Below, in pieces: positions 52,612-64,000 of a stretch of DNA of 64,000 nucleotides. The first letter of the stretch is position 1; each line of letters begins with the position of its first letter. A model generated the notes under the pieces. The model did no database searches, was not told the origin of the DNA, and worked only from the letters and a program-made list of their open reading frames with translations. The position numbers and the translations under genes were made by a program. The DNA comes from Sphagnum compactum (Eukaryota), in the NCBI GenBank assembly GCA_965153455.1, contig OZ234493.1, positions 5,146,001 through 5,210,000 of the forward strand, given 5' to 3'.

Positions 52612-53834
52612 TGTAAAATAAAGCAGAGATCAATTTGTTTGAAAATCTTCATAGCTTCAAAGTTGCAGAGGCTTCAGATTTGATCTCTTGGCTGGATTTC
52701 TTATTAGACAATTGTTTCTTTGTTTTGGCCAGGGTGTTTATAGACAATGCATTGGTATCCCCATGGGTACAAATTGTGCGGTCTATTTGGCTAATTTCTA
52801 TCTCTTCACCTATGAGTTTGATTTCATTAAGCGTCTCTTGAAGAGTAACACATGTCCTGTTGTGCTTCATAGTTTGTCCTTGGTTCGTAGGTTTGTGGAT
52901 GATCTTTTTGTTCCAGATTTTCCAGATTTTGAGAACTTCATGTACCTTAACCAAGACTCTTTTGGCGGCGGCATATACCCAAAAACCTCTTGCGAGTTGA
53001 ATTGTACATCTAAAGGCTTCTCTTGTAATTTCTTGGATCTAACTGTGAGCCAGAGTCCTCAAGGTTTATCCTGTGACATTTTTGACAAACGCTCTCAACC
53101 AGAGTATGCAGGTATTGAAATGATTAGAATGCCACACATTCATTCCAATATCTCAATGACTGCGAAGCTCGGGGTTATCAATAGTCAATTTTACAGGTTC
53201 TTGAGACTTTGTAGTTGCAAGAAGTTTTTTGTCTTCCAGATGGTCAGTCTTATCGTCTTTCTGAAGGCAAAAGGCTACCCTTTTAAAGTTCTTCTAAAGA
53301 GAACTAGAGGGTTGGTTCTTGAAGAAAAATTCCTCTTTGGAATTTCAGCTTTTGGCATTTTCAGAATGATTTTGCTTCGGGTCATGTAAGTGGGGAGCTT
53401 TCTGTAAGCCCACTTGTTCTTTGTCTTTCCCTGTCCTTTCCCTTTCTGTCTTTCTTCGTTTCTTTGTCTGGTCTTTGTTGTGGTGTCTGTTGCTAGCCAG
53501 TAGTATGGCTGAGTCTTCCCGTTGCTTCCGGAATTGCAGCAGAAACTCAGTTCGCAGGTTGGTGCTTGTCACTGGCCTTTACCCACTGTAGGGAGCTGAT
53601 GAAGTCAGTGGGGAAGTTGTGATAGTTAAGTCACTATCATACATACTACTGTTGATGGTCCCTGAACAGGTGTGAGACTGGCACTTTTGTTCATACCGCT
53701 GTGTGTTTTTTGTTTTTTGTTTTGTTTCTTGTCTTCCCTTGTTTGGTTCTTTCTGTGGCTTCCTGAAGAAGTGTTAGCCTTGCTGTTTCTTCTTCATCGT
53801 GAGAACGGAGATTTCTCTATTCTCATGAAAGATA
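52612..53834 (+). mobile_element. 5'-truncated Penelope-like retroelement (PLE) insertion
   Basis: 16-bp direct repeat TCTTTCATGACAGCCA at 52596-52611 and 53835-53850 (TSD) flanks an RT remnant plus a ~445-nt 3' tail. Confidence 0.85.
52635..53389 (+). pseudogene. PLE-type reverse transcriptase, C-terminal half and thumb
   Basis: LISWLDFLLDNCF (frameshift) CFGQGVYRQCIGIPMGTNCAVYLANFYL...RRFVDDLF...IYPK...NFLDL...FDKR...SNIS..AKLGVINSQFYRFLRLCS...KGYP; stop at 53389 with no GIY-YIG domain following. Confidence 0.88.
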
Positions 53835-53844
53835 TCTTTCATGA
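53388..53844 (+). other. Densely base-paired 3' region of the PLE (candidate structured RNA)
   Basis: Stems: 53498-53507/53642-53651 (10 bp perfect), 53509-53514/53545-53550, 53570-53576/53604-53610, 53620-53626/53633-53639, 53663-53668/53688-53693, 53764-53771/53789-53796, 53800-53805/53820-53825. Confidence 0.6.
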
Positions 53845-56800
53845 CAGCCAAATTGACAACTAAAGGTTAATATTGTGGTATAGGTATGTGAAGGAACAGT
53901 GCCCATGGTGTACTCTGTACTAGAGCTGCCAGCAGTTTGCATCTTGTGTGGGGTTTTTTCATTAGCAGTTTATTAACATCTTTGTTGCAATCACCTTTGG
54001 TTCATTAAGTATGGCAGAATTTGTTTACACAATTCATCTCGATAGCCAAAGAATATTTAGATTCCAATGGGGACTCTTGGATAATAACCAACAGTACTTG
54101 TAAATATTTTGGTTTTGCTATTGTTGGATTTAAGATCCATGATTATCGTATTATGTCAATTGGTTTTAAGGTCCTTTTAGAATGCCTAAATTGTTTACTT
54201 GTTTGCAGCTGTGATGTCTTTGTATTGTTATTGATTGGTTTAGGCCTCACAGAATATGGCATGATATTAGATGCAAGATGGTGTGATCTCATAACCCTGC
54301 ACATGAGATCTTCCATATCCAGAGGAATATTTCCCATGTAGTTGGCAAGGACTTCATTGTTTACCCCACTGCACTTCTCACATGTGTGGTGGGCATGGGA
54401 ACCTAGCCATGGGATTTCCCATACTTGACTTAGCTTTCCATTTGTGGTTGGTAGGGGTTTAAGGGCATCCTGTTTACAGTATATACCATCTGCAAACCAC
54501 ATGTGTGTTATATAAGAACCTTGGACATCAATGTGGGTATTCAGTTTGTGGATTTCATGGTTAAAACTGTTGAAGCCAATGTGCATACAATACTGTCTGT
54601 TTATTAACTGGGAGGTGGGTTGGAGATTAGGTTTTCCCTAGATCCTTGAAGTATTTTGCCAGAACTGGCATTGCAGGGTTTTGGTTGAACAAGGTACTTT
54701 ATTGTGCAGAGTGCTAGGGTTTAGGGTACACACTCTCAAATAGTTTTCTGCTTGGAACTTACAGTGCAAATGAGTGGGCATATAAGGCTGCACTATTGTG
54801 AGTTAAACCCAAGTCTTCTTAGTTCAAGATGTTATGGCTCTCAACTTGCCTCCTTTCACTGATGAATTGTTTAGGACCATATAGCTTTCCTTTTTGTTGC
54901 CTTGGTGCTTGACAACATGTTTCTTATACATAGATAGTGGTATAAGGTGGGAATTAACAAACTTGTTCATGTGTGTGCAATTTGGAGTTGAGATCAATTG
55001 ATTGTTTGATTTCTGCTTGTTGTGGATTTCCAGGCTATTCCCTCAACACATATGGATGGGTTGGGTGGGTTTTGGCACTCAGTCAACAAATCCATGATCT
55101 GTTTATGGAATAGTCATGAATTCCACAACCAGTGAGTCAGTTTGGCTGTGCAGACATTATTTAGGGATACACAAAGCTGGTTGACTTAACTCGATCTACC
55201 TTCGACAATAGGGTCCTTCCTGTGAATTTGAAGTTAGCATTCTCCCCTGATCTGTTGAGGTGTATCATCATATGTGCTTACAGCACATGAATGACAATCT
55301 TACTGGCTTGCAATTTTTGCAGACCATTACTTTATAAGCTTTATTGCATATTCTTTTGGCAATTTGCTTGATTGGGATGTCTTTTGTTGTATGAAGGTGC
55401 TTCATAGCTTCTGTAGATTGTTGCAATGGCATGTTTCATGGATGTGGACTTGTTTTGCAGGAAGATGCTTGTGAAAATGTCAAAAGGTAGCATACTGGCC
55501 TACTTGAAAAGTTTGGTGTTCCCAATATGCATGAGCTTTTGCATGTTTCCTCTTGCTTCTGGTTGTGCATAACTCTTCAGAGCGAAGTGTGCATTGATTA
55601 TGGGTGTAAAGCTTGCAGTGCAGGATGATGGCCACTGGGCATGGCAAATGAAGAAACCTGGTAGGGCCTTAGTGAACTCACAACAGATCCAGTCTATTGT
55701 CACACTGTCATAGTTGTCTTCTGTTGTGGGGAGGTGTGTCATGGTTATAACTTCCTATCTGTACCCAACATTGGCAGCTGATGAACTCATGGGAACTTGT
55801 CACTACTGCCCAGCATTTGTTTTGGTGATGGTCTAATGCAGTGTGATCAACTCTTATAAGGTTGTGACCACACTCATATCCATATAGAATCTAAAATGTT
55901 GTGGATATCTTTACAATTTTATTGGTATGGGTCTTCACCAATGGATTTGCACATAGGTTAGGTGGTTGATGACCTTCAAATTAGCTTGATCAATCCAAGT
56001 TATGTTGATTGATGTTTATGTACTCTGCTTAACAAGTGGGCCACATGTATGGATCATGTGCAAGTCCACATAAACTCTCTTCTGCTCACAGGCCATTAAG
56101 CTTATAATATGAGCATCATGAATGTCCACACCTGGGTTTTCTGCACAATTCCAACATGTGTGTGTGATAATCTAGTTCAACACATTGCACAAAGCTGCCC
56201 ATAACATCAGCTTGCAATTTTTGGTCACATGCACACTCTATAATTTTCCTAATCTAGTTAAGAAAACTTGTGGTCATGAGAATATCTTCATCCAACAAAT
56301 GTGCACACTACAATATCCATAAAACATAGTTGCACATTCAACCATTACACAGGGCCCCGGTTTGGAGGTTTTCAATGGCCATAAACTACAGAAAAAATTA
56401 TTGCAAGATAGCCAAATTTCTACACTAGATTGTACGTGTGTAGCCAAAATGACAATGTGTAATCAATACATTTGTACTTCGTATTGGGTTTATAGTTGTA
56501 TTTGCCTAAATCTCCCTACATATGCATGCCATTTTTTCTATTCCCACTTATAGTTATAGCCACTACAAACAAATGACTTGCAAGAAAACACTAGTTCCAA
56601 CAACATTTAGGCTTCTGGAATCAATTCATGGACAAAGTGGTTGTGGCCCCTGTGGAGAAAATGTCACCATAGTTGGCACAATCTTCTTAATTTCTGGCCA
56701 CGCATTAAGGAGTGACATAGAAAGGTTTGGCCATTTTGGGCCTTCTGCACTCAGAAAGGGATGGAAGAAAATACTTCTAATGAAAATTCCAACAGTCATC

Positions 56801-58393
56801 CATGAACTTTATCAAGGCTAGACATACAGGTTTGGTAATTAGGGTTCCAAACAAGATTTAGGATTAGGTGACTTAACCCTTGTTGGTGCCCTTGTGGACG
56901 TTGCACATGTTGAGCCTTTTGAAGTCTAGTGACCTTCTCCTCAAATGTCCGTCATCACTTGAGCGCTTTCGTGAACTATGGGCGTTTGCATTGTCCACTG
57001 GGCACTTACAGGCCCTACTACGGTGCAAACCAATTCGCATTTATTCATATTACAAGTCTTGGGATTTGTGTGCAAGCTGGTTCTGACAATGGCCAATAGT
57101 AGGTGTCTGTCAAAGCTATGGAAGCATCCCGCCAAGATTTTGGAAGTAAATTCCAGCGAGCAATCACAATGTGTATTATACAATCTTCTTGCAACTCGAA
57201 ACACTGTTATATTCATCCTGGAGTCCTATGGTTCCTTCTTCTCTCAATCGGTGAATTCCAACAAGTAAGGCTTTCACTTATCTTCTTGGTCATGTTTTTG
57301 ATCCAGGAAGTAGATTTTCTTCTGCCATTGAACATTTAACGTATAGGTAATTGAGCCTAGTATGTGCATTGTGTTTGTATCATGGGTTGCCTCTAACGCT
57401 AATGGCTTGGTACGTTCTGAATTGCAAGACAAGACAGGTTAGAAACGAGTGGCAAAGTAGAGTGCTGCTGATAACATCAAATCATGAATTGTCAAAAACC
57501 CTCTTGTGTGACCATGCATGGAATACACACATGCAAAATGCCAAGGCTTTGGAGAAGGTCATGTCTATCAACTTTTTTTGTGATTCTCTTTTTGCATTCG
57601 ATTTTTGTAGGTGTTAATTTTTTCCAATGCCCTTTGGCTCTATGGCATCTACTAGTGCTAAGTAGGTTGATGGTTAGAAATTTGGTGCATCTACCTGCTA
57701 TTAGGTGAGTTTAGATTCACAGGAGTTCCGCACCCCAGTGTGGTTGCAAGATGTGCATCAAGTGCAAACAACATGGACTACGCATATTGGAGGATCTCAC
57801 ATACTTCAACCACACCTGCAACAATGTTCATGTGTTAATTGCGCATTTCTAAGGTGGGTGCATTCCTCCAAATGTGACCAAGTCATTTGTACTTGAAGGG
57901 TTTATGTCAAGCACAAAAATATGGACCACAACTACATAATTTTGAGTTCTGTGGGGCCTCAATGTTATGGGTGAACATGTAATTGTCTACATGGTGTGCA
58001 TATTGTCAGTCTCAACTACTATTTAATTCTTAGTTGATTGATGGAGGATAATAATTGGATCACCCATTGGAATTTGGACTATGGTGGACTGGGTTTGGAA
58101 TCTAGCCTTTAAGATCAGCAGGTTTGTAATCCTACCATTGCATTTATAGTTATGATTCATTACCATCATGTGCTACAAGATTCCATGTACAACAATTAGG
58201 GTCAAGTTCAATCTTCTAGGCTGTGTTGTTAATAATGTACATATTATTTTTTCCCTCATTGTTTATAGTTGCCTGGATATCAAAACAACACATCTTGGGT
58301 TTTACAACTAGTTAATAAAATGACTATTATCTTTTTTTACTACAATTGTAACTACAAGTTCATATTAATGATTATGTAGTTGTAAAAGACATT

Positions 58394-58547
58394 CACTATT
58401 ACGAAATGTGCGTGCAGTTCACTAGTCCCTGTTCACTAGATTAGTGAATTCAGTGCTTCCCCACTAGGTTTCATTCACTACAACTAGTGAATTCACTCAC
58501 AATTTAGTGAAATCATTTGGCATATAGGGACGTGTTTTGTTGTAATG
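58394..58547. mobile_element. Miniature degenerate CACTA element (154 bp)
   Basis: Ends CACTATTACGAAA / TTTTGTTGTAATG (9/13), 3-bp TSD ATT on both sides, internal TTCACTA/TAGTGAA repeats. Confidence 0.5.
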
Positions 58548-58671
58548 ATTGTGGTGCCATGTGGCATTATGGTTTTGTGACTAGAATCGATATCACAACT
58601 TGATGGTTTTACACAAATTTCAAAAATTTCAAAAATATATTTTTAATCTATTTTTAATTATCCAAAATTAA

Positions 58672-59378
58672 AGGTCTTGGCATACTAAAGTGTCCATTTT
58701 TTGGTGTCACAAAGGCGATTTTGGGGGGGTACATTTAATTTTGGTACAATATGTGTTGGAATATGATTGAAAATTATAAAAGGGACTCATTTAACTAATA
58801 TATAACATTTGTAATCAAATTTGAAAATTTGAAAGTAAAATACCATCATTTCATTACAAGGTGGACTTTTAAAACAATGTAACATCTTCTGTCATTGTCC
58901 ATAAAAAATATTTATGGACTTTTATTACATAATAAACATTTGTGAAACGTTAATTTTTTTTCCTAATATGATTGTGAAGGTACTGTAATGTTAAAATAAG
59001 GGCTTACAAGTAAGTTCAATATTTTAATTTATCAAGATTTCGTAAAATAACCAATAGTTTGTAAATTCCATGATTTATTAAAATGGAAAATTTGAATATT
59101 TAAAAGGACATTTTTTACTTTAAATAACAATGGCCAATAATAAAAAGTTAAACCCATGTTTTTGCTTTTAACTTTTCCCCTAGTGGATCAAATCGAAACA
59201 TGTGTCACAATATAGAAACTTGTAAGTTTAAGTTTTAAGTATTCCATTTGCCTCCTATTTTCAAATGGACAATTTTACATTGTCAAAACATTGAACATTT
59301 GAATTAAGAATTTAAAAAAAGTAAAATTGTGGACTCCACATGTGCCACTTTTGATACCACCTTAATGTGCCAAGACCT
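58672..59378. mobile_element. TTAA-flanked non-autonomous TIR element (707 bp), Kolobok-like ends
   Basis: TTAA|AGGTCTTGGCATACTAAAGTG ... CACCTTAATGTGCCAAGACCT|TTAA; TIRs 18/21 identical; TTAA at 58668-58671 and 59379-59382. Confidence 0.7.
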
Positions 59379-62300
59379 TTAAGTAATAACAAAATTCCAT
59401 TGATTCTTGCAAATTTTGGTGAATAATAACAACTTATGGTTGTGTGATACTAACATGGCATGCCACATGCCAACAAGGTTGAGTAATAGTCACAACACCT
59501 CATGACTTATGACATTAACTTCACATCATGATTCATATCATTGATTTGATGAATTAATCTCATTTATTAGTTGGTTGAAAATATTGTTGTCCTTTGTGAT
59601 TAATAACAACTTGATCTTCCATGTGATGATGACATGGCATGCCATTTGGCAACAAGAGTGTCACAAAATTTCATGGCAATCCACATTTTTTTGTAACACC
59701 ATAAGTTTTTGTATGTCTTCAATTTATGGCACCAATATTTGTCATGGCATGCCATAATTTTATGTGCCATAAGATTTTTGAAGTCATGAATTCACATGCA
59801 TGTGTATGTGTACGTACTAAACAATCTATTGTTAACTTGTAATTATGACTATAATATTTATAGTCATTTTTTAAAAGGTGACACATAACTCCTTGACTTT
59901 TTAACTACTTAACACATTAGCTTAGGTTAACGTACCTATTAAGGTAACCTATGTATATAGGTTACTTAATAAAACTTATTTCGTAATATAGGCTACTTTA
60001 TAAGTTACTTAACTAAATATTATTAATTGACTACATCTAATATGTTTAAATATACTTAAAATAAGTTACCCTACTAATAGGTTAACCTAGGTAAGCTTAC
60101 CTAAGTTCCTAACTTTAGGTTTTTTGCCAAATCAACCTAGGTAGCTTCATTACTTGAAATATTTTATCAAGTTTGTAACCACCTCAAATTTGTGCAAGCA
60201 AGTTGGAGATGGCACATGAACAAAGGAAGAGTCTAAACCTAGTTGGTGTCAAGAAAAGACTAAAAGATTATGAACCAATGTTGTAGTATTATACCTTGAT
60301 GAGGATGAAGAATAAGATGAAGGAAGGCTAAATATGAAGAATGGTGGGAGGTTGCATAAGAATATTTTACAAAAGAGTTGGAAAAGAATTTGGTTCAGCA
60401 TAAAGCTAATGAAAGAATTTTGAAATACAAGTTGGAAACTTAGTTTTAAAAAAAATTTAAATTTATCCAATGGTAGTCCAACAAATATAGAAGTATATGC
60501 AAGTAACTTGGTTAATGACTTGTATACGTATATTTTGGGTCTTTTCCCCAAGTGTATAGCAAATGTGGAAGTTCTTCATGACTCTATAACAAGGTTCAAG
60601 AGAATAAGAAAAACCCATTTCCCCACGATGGGGATAACTGAATTTTTCAAAACCTTCTTCACATTGATAAAAACAATTAAATGGCCAGTTATACAATGTG
60701 GTTTCATGAAAATACATTGCATAATCTTAAACAACCCGTAATTTTGTTTAAAGTTTCTAGAAATGATATTGCACTGTCTCTAATATTTGCAAATGGGCTT
60801 TTAAATAGGAATGCATTTTCTTGAGGTAAGATCCATGTTGGTGGGGAGTTTGTTTTTCCAGAGTATTGAGTATTTTTTCGGCCCCAACATGGTACTCTTT
60901 TGTGTATATACTCAAGTGAGGTTTATCATGGGACGCATAGAAACATTGGGTACATTCAGGTTGGGATCAAGGATTAAATGTCATTTCTTCAACTTGTCAT
61001 GACTTGGTGAAATTTCCATTCAAATGCCAATGATAAAAGGGAGTTGAAAAAGAATATCATGTGGAGTTTGATATGTGTGTATTTCATTTACAATGAGCCC
61101 ATGGGTTATGGGAGATTGGAATGTGAGGTAGAATGCCTAGGGGTATATGCATTGAGATACACCTTTGGTTGGGTTGTTTAGTAGTAATGCAAGCTAGATG
61201 GATGTAATAATAAACCCTACTTCTAATATCATCAAATCTATTCATTCCCACTTTTCATTATGAAAATTATCTATGAAGATCATCCTTAATCCATTCAATT
61301 ATTAATTAAACCTTGAGCCTTGAGTTGGGATGAAAAATATATATCATCTATGAATTTACCTTTTTTTATAGATTTTTAAAATATTCCATCCATTTTGGAT
61401 GAGTTTTTTTAAATTTCATCTAAACTCAAGGCTCAAAGCTCACCGCTCAAGGCTCACTGCTCAATGCATTCCTACGGTCTACCAAGTTAATCCCAAGGAT
61501 GGTCACCAAATCATAAATACTAATTTCTACAATTTGTTGTATTAAATATTTGGGTCACATATTTTATGTTTGATTTCTGTATTTTGAATTTTATAGATTG
61601 GACACATAATTGCACAAAATGGTGTGTACAACATGTGTTCTATAGTTTTTGTGCCTAATTGGGTTTCAAAACATATAACAAGTTGGCATCAACATTCTTC
61701 TTCCTTCCAAAACATAAAATGATATGCATCAATAAACAAAATAAAAACTCTAAAAGTTCAAAACAATTCTATGATATTTTTTGCTGATCTCTACATCTCC
61801 TTTAAACATCCCCATACAATAATTCTTCCCAAGTTTTTCATGAAAGGCTTTCAAATATTCCCACCCAAAAAGATAATTCAAATATACTATTATGTCATAA
61901 TTTGCTCATCTAACCGAATTTGCCGTTTAACACACAATGTGAAATGTGTAATGAAACGATCCTTAAAACAACTTTTGATGTTTCCAAATTCTAAAATGAC
62001 CTCCAAAACTATCAGTGAATGATGTGAAAGGTCAACTCACACATAGGGAAGGTGTGCATATATATGCAAAAAAGTGGTTGAAGTCTTGTAATTTAGATTT
62101 ATTATAGTTGAATGTGGTGTTGCTTGAACTTCTACTACACATATGTCATATCATATTCACATGGGTGAGTTTTCTTACAATTCCCATCTCCTTGTTGAAT
62201 CTATACCTCAATGAAAAATAAGTGGGAAATTGTCACCTTGTGAATCTGTTTGAATAATGTAGGTTTACATCATAAGCCCATCATGTTTTGCATCACTATA

Positions 62301-63037
62301 GTTACATTCTTGAAATATGCATGTTTTAGCTTTTGTAGCAGCAAATGTAAATTAATTAGTTTTCCTTGCAATTAGTGGAGTTACATATGTATATTACCTT
62401 GCAAGTAATGGGGTTGCATTTATATCACTACCTTGCAACTAATGTAATAAAAAATGTGTCATTGTAATCAACTAATCTATTCACATGTAACATGAACCTT
62501 GTAATTATTTCAAGCGCATATGTAGGAGGCAAGTTGTTGCATGAGTTTAGAACCTGAGCTTAAAGCCTAAAGTTGGAACTTGGGTGGTAAACTGTCTTTT
62601 CCCCTAAACACATGCAAGTGAAACCCAAAAATTTAACCACAAAATGAATGTTATATAGGTAAACCTATAAACAAACATGAGGATGAATGTAAGCATTCAT
62701 ATTCATTATGGATGAATGATTTTTTTCATTCATCTAATGTATGGATGAAAAAAGTTAATTGAATTTGCATTTTTTATTATATAAAACTTCAATCAAAATT
62801 ATGGATGAATGTTTTATTTTATCATTCAATTTTTATCAACGAATTTTTTCCTGCTAGTTTTAATTAACTAGAGTTTCATGAAACACAATTCAATAATATA
62901 TGATATAACATTTGTCGAATAATATGTAAATTCCATTATAAACATATTTGATAGTTATGGTGTTAAATGTCAATTTTTTCAATGTTTTAATAATTATCAT
63001 GCTTACATCCACCTTGTGGTTTTTGTTTCAAAATAAT

Positions 63038-63082
<45 letters not shown>
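63038..63082. repeat. (TA)n microsatellite
   Basis: ~20 TA units with one interruption. Confidence 0.95.
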
Positions 63083-63085
<3 letters not shown>

Positions 63086-64000
63086 CAAATTGACCCAATT
63101 TCGTTGACGATAATGGGGTTTTTCTTTTCCTCTCCAAAAATGCCACAACTTCCTTCAAACACATTTATAAGCATCGTGGACAACAATGGGGGACTTTTTT
63201 CATTCTTTTAATTTGAGGGTGCCACAACTTTCATCAAATCTAACTAATGTTGTTAACAACGATGGGTTTTGAATGCTTAAGATATTTTTAAACTACTTAT
63301 TGTCATTGATGACAATGGGTTTTTGAAATAAACTAAAATTCAATTTCAAACACCTTAATTAGCTCCTTCAAATAACATATTATCATACATAATAATGGGG
63401 TTTTTCTAATAATAATTCATTTTCAAGGTGCCTTAATTTTTCACATAGTACATATATTATGTTGTTGACAACAATGGGGGGCGGGGGTTAACACTCATCC
63501 CATGACAACCTTTTTTTTAATATTTAACATTGTTGATGAAATGATTTTTTAAACAAAATTTAGAAAATTATTTTGGTCCCATCATCATATTTTCCATTAT
63601 AGTCACATTATCCATCATTATTAAATGACATTCAAGTTTGAAATATTGATACTTGCACATCAAATGAAGATGGATATAAATAAATTTTTATTTATTTATC
63701 TTCCAATCATGGATGAATTTCATATAATGATTTATTTATTTAATCCAATTCATAAATGACATTCATCTATGGACACATTCATCCATGTAGATGGATTAAA
63801 ATTGCAATAAATTTTAAGCTACAAGTTCAAAGCTCCATGCACAAACCATCTTCGCACATGTAATTACATTGTTGGCATACTATGCAATTACCATAGTCAC
63901 ACATATGTTTCCCATGTAGTTGCGTGTAAATGGCATCATGATAATCATAATATCTTCAATTTTAAAAGGTAAATTTCTAAATTATTGTTCACTACCACAT

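Noticed and set aside
53590-53850. Canonical hammerhead ribozyme from CTGATGA (53596) or CTGAAGA (53763) with GAAA (53827)
   Set aside because: Could not form stems I and II in the required geometry; kept only as an unclassified structured RNA
55000-57900. Exon-like patches downstream of the PLE
   Set aside because: Could be further captured gene fragments, but no product could be identified
47976-58547. Single 10.6-kb CACTA ending at 58547
   Set aside because: The end at 58547 pairs better with CACTA at 58394 (ATT TSD), and 47976 has a perfect TIR partner at 52566

Overview
AT-rich, intron-containing eukaryotic land-plant DNA; the gene set and repeat families suggest a moss, probably Sphagnum (inference). 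Only two apparently intact host genes are seen: a five-exon RNA polymerase subunit RPB11 (+, 25750-26948) and a convergent single-exon BKI1/MAKR-family gene (-, 28422-30071). Most of the rest is transposon-derived. The main structure is a complete 12.6-kb Mutator-like element (11469-24090; 37-bp TIRs, perfect 9-bp TSD CGTTTAAAA). It carries a decayed MULE/SWIM transposase and a convergent, unrecognised C2H2 zinc-finger accessory gene. Its non-coding DNA holds several arrays of one short motif (RGTATTRCA), an array of GC-rich hairpins and a nested solo LTR. This layout resembles the VANDAL/VANC sequence-specific anti-silencing system but with an apparently unrelated protein. Also present: a CACTA-TIR-bounded segment carrying an intron-containing PEX5 pseudogene; a 5'-truncated Penelope-like RT insertion with a 16-bp TSD, no C-terminal endonuclease and a highly structured 3' region; a TTAA-flanked Kolobok-like MITE; and other MITEs and minisatellites. 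All calls were made by eye and no database searches were run.
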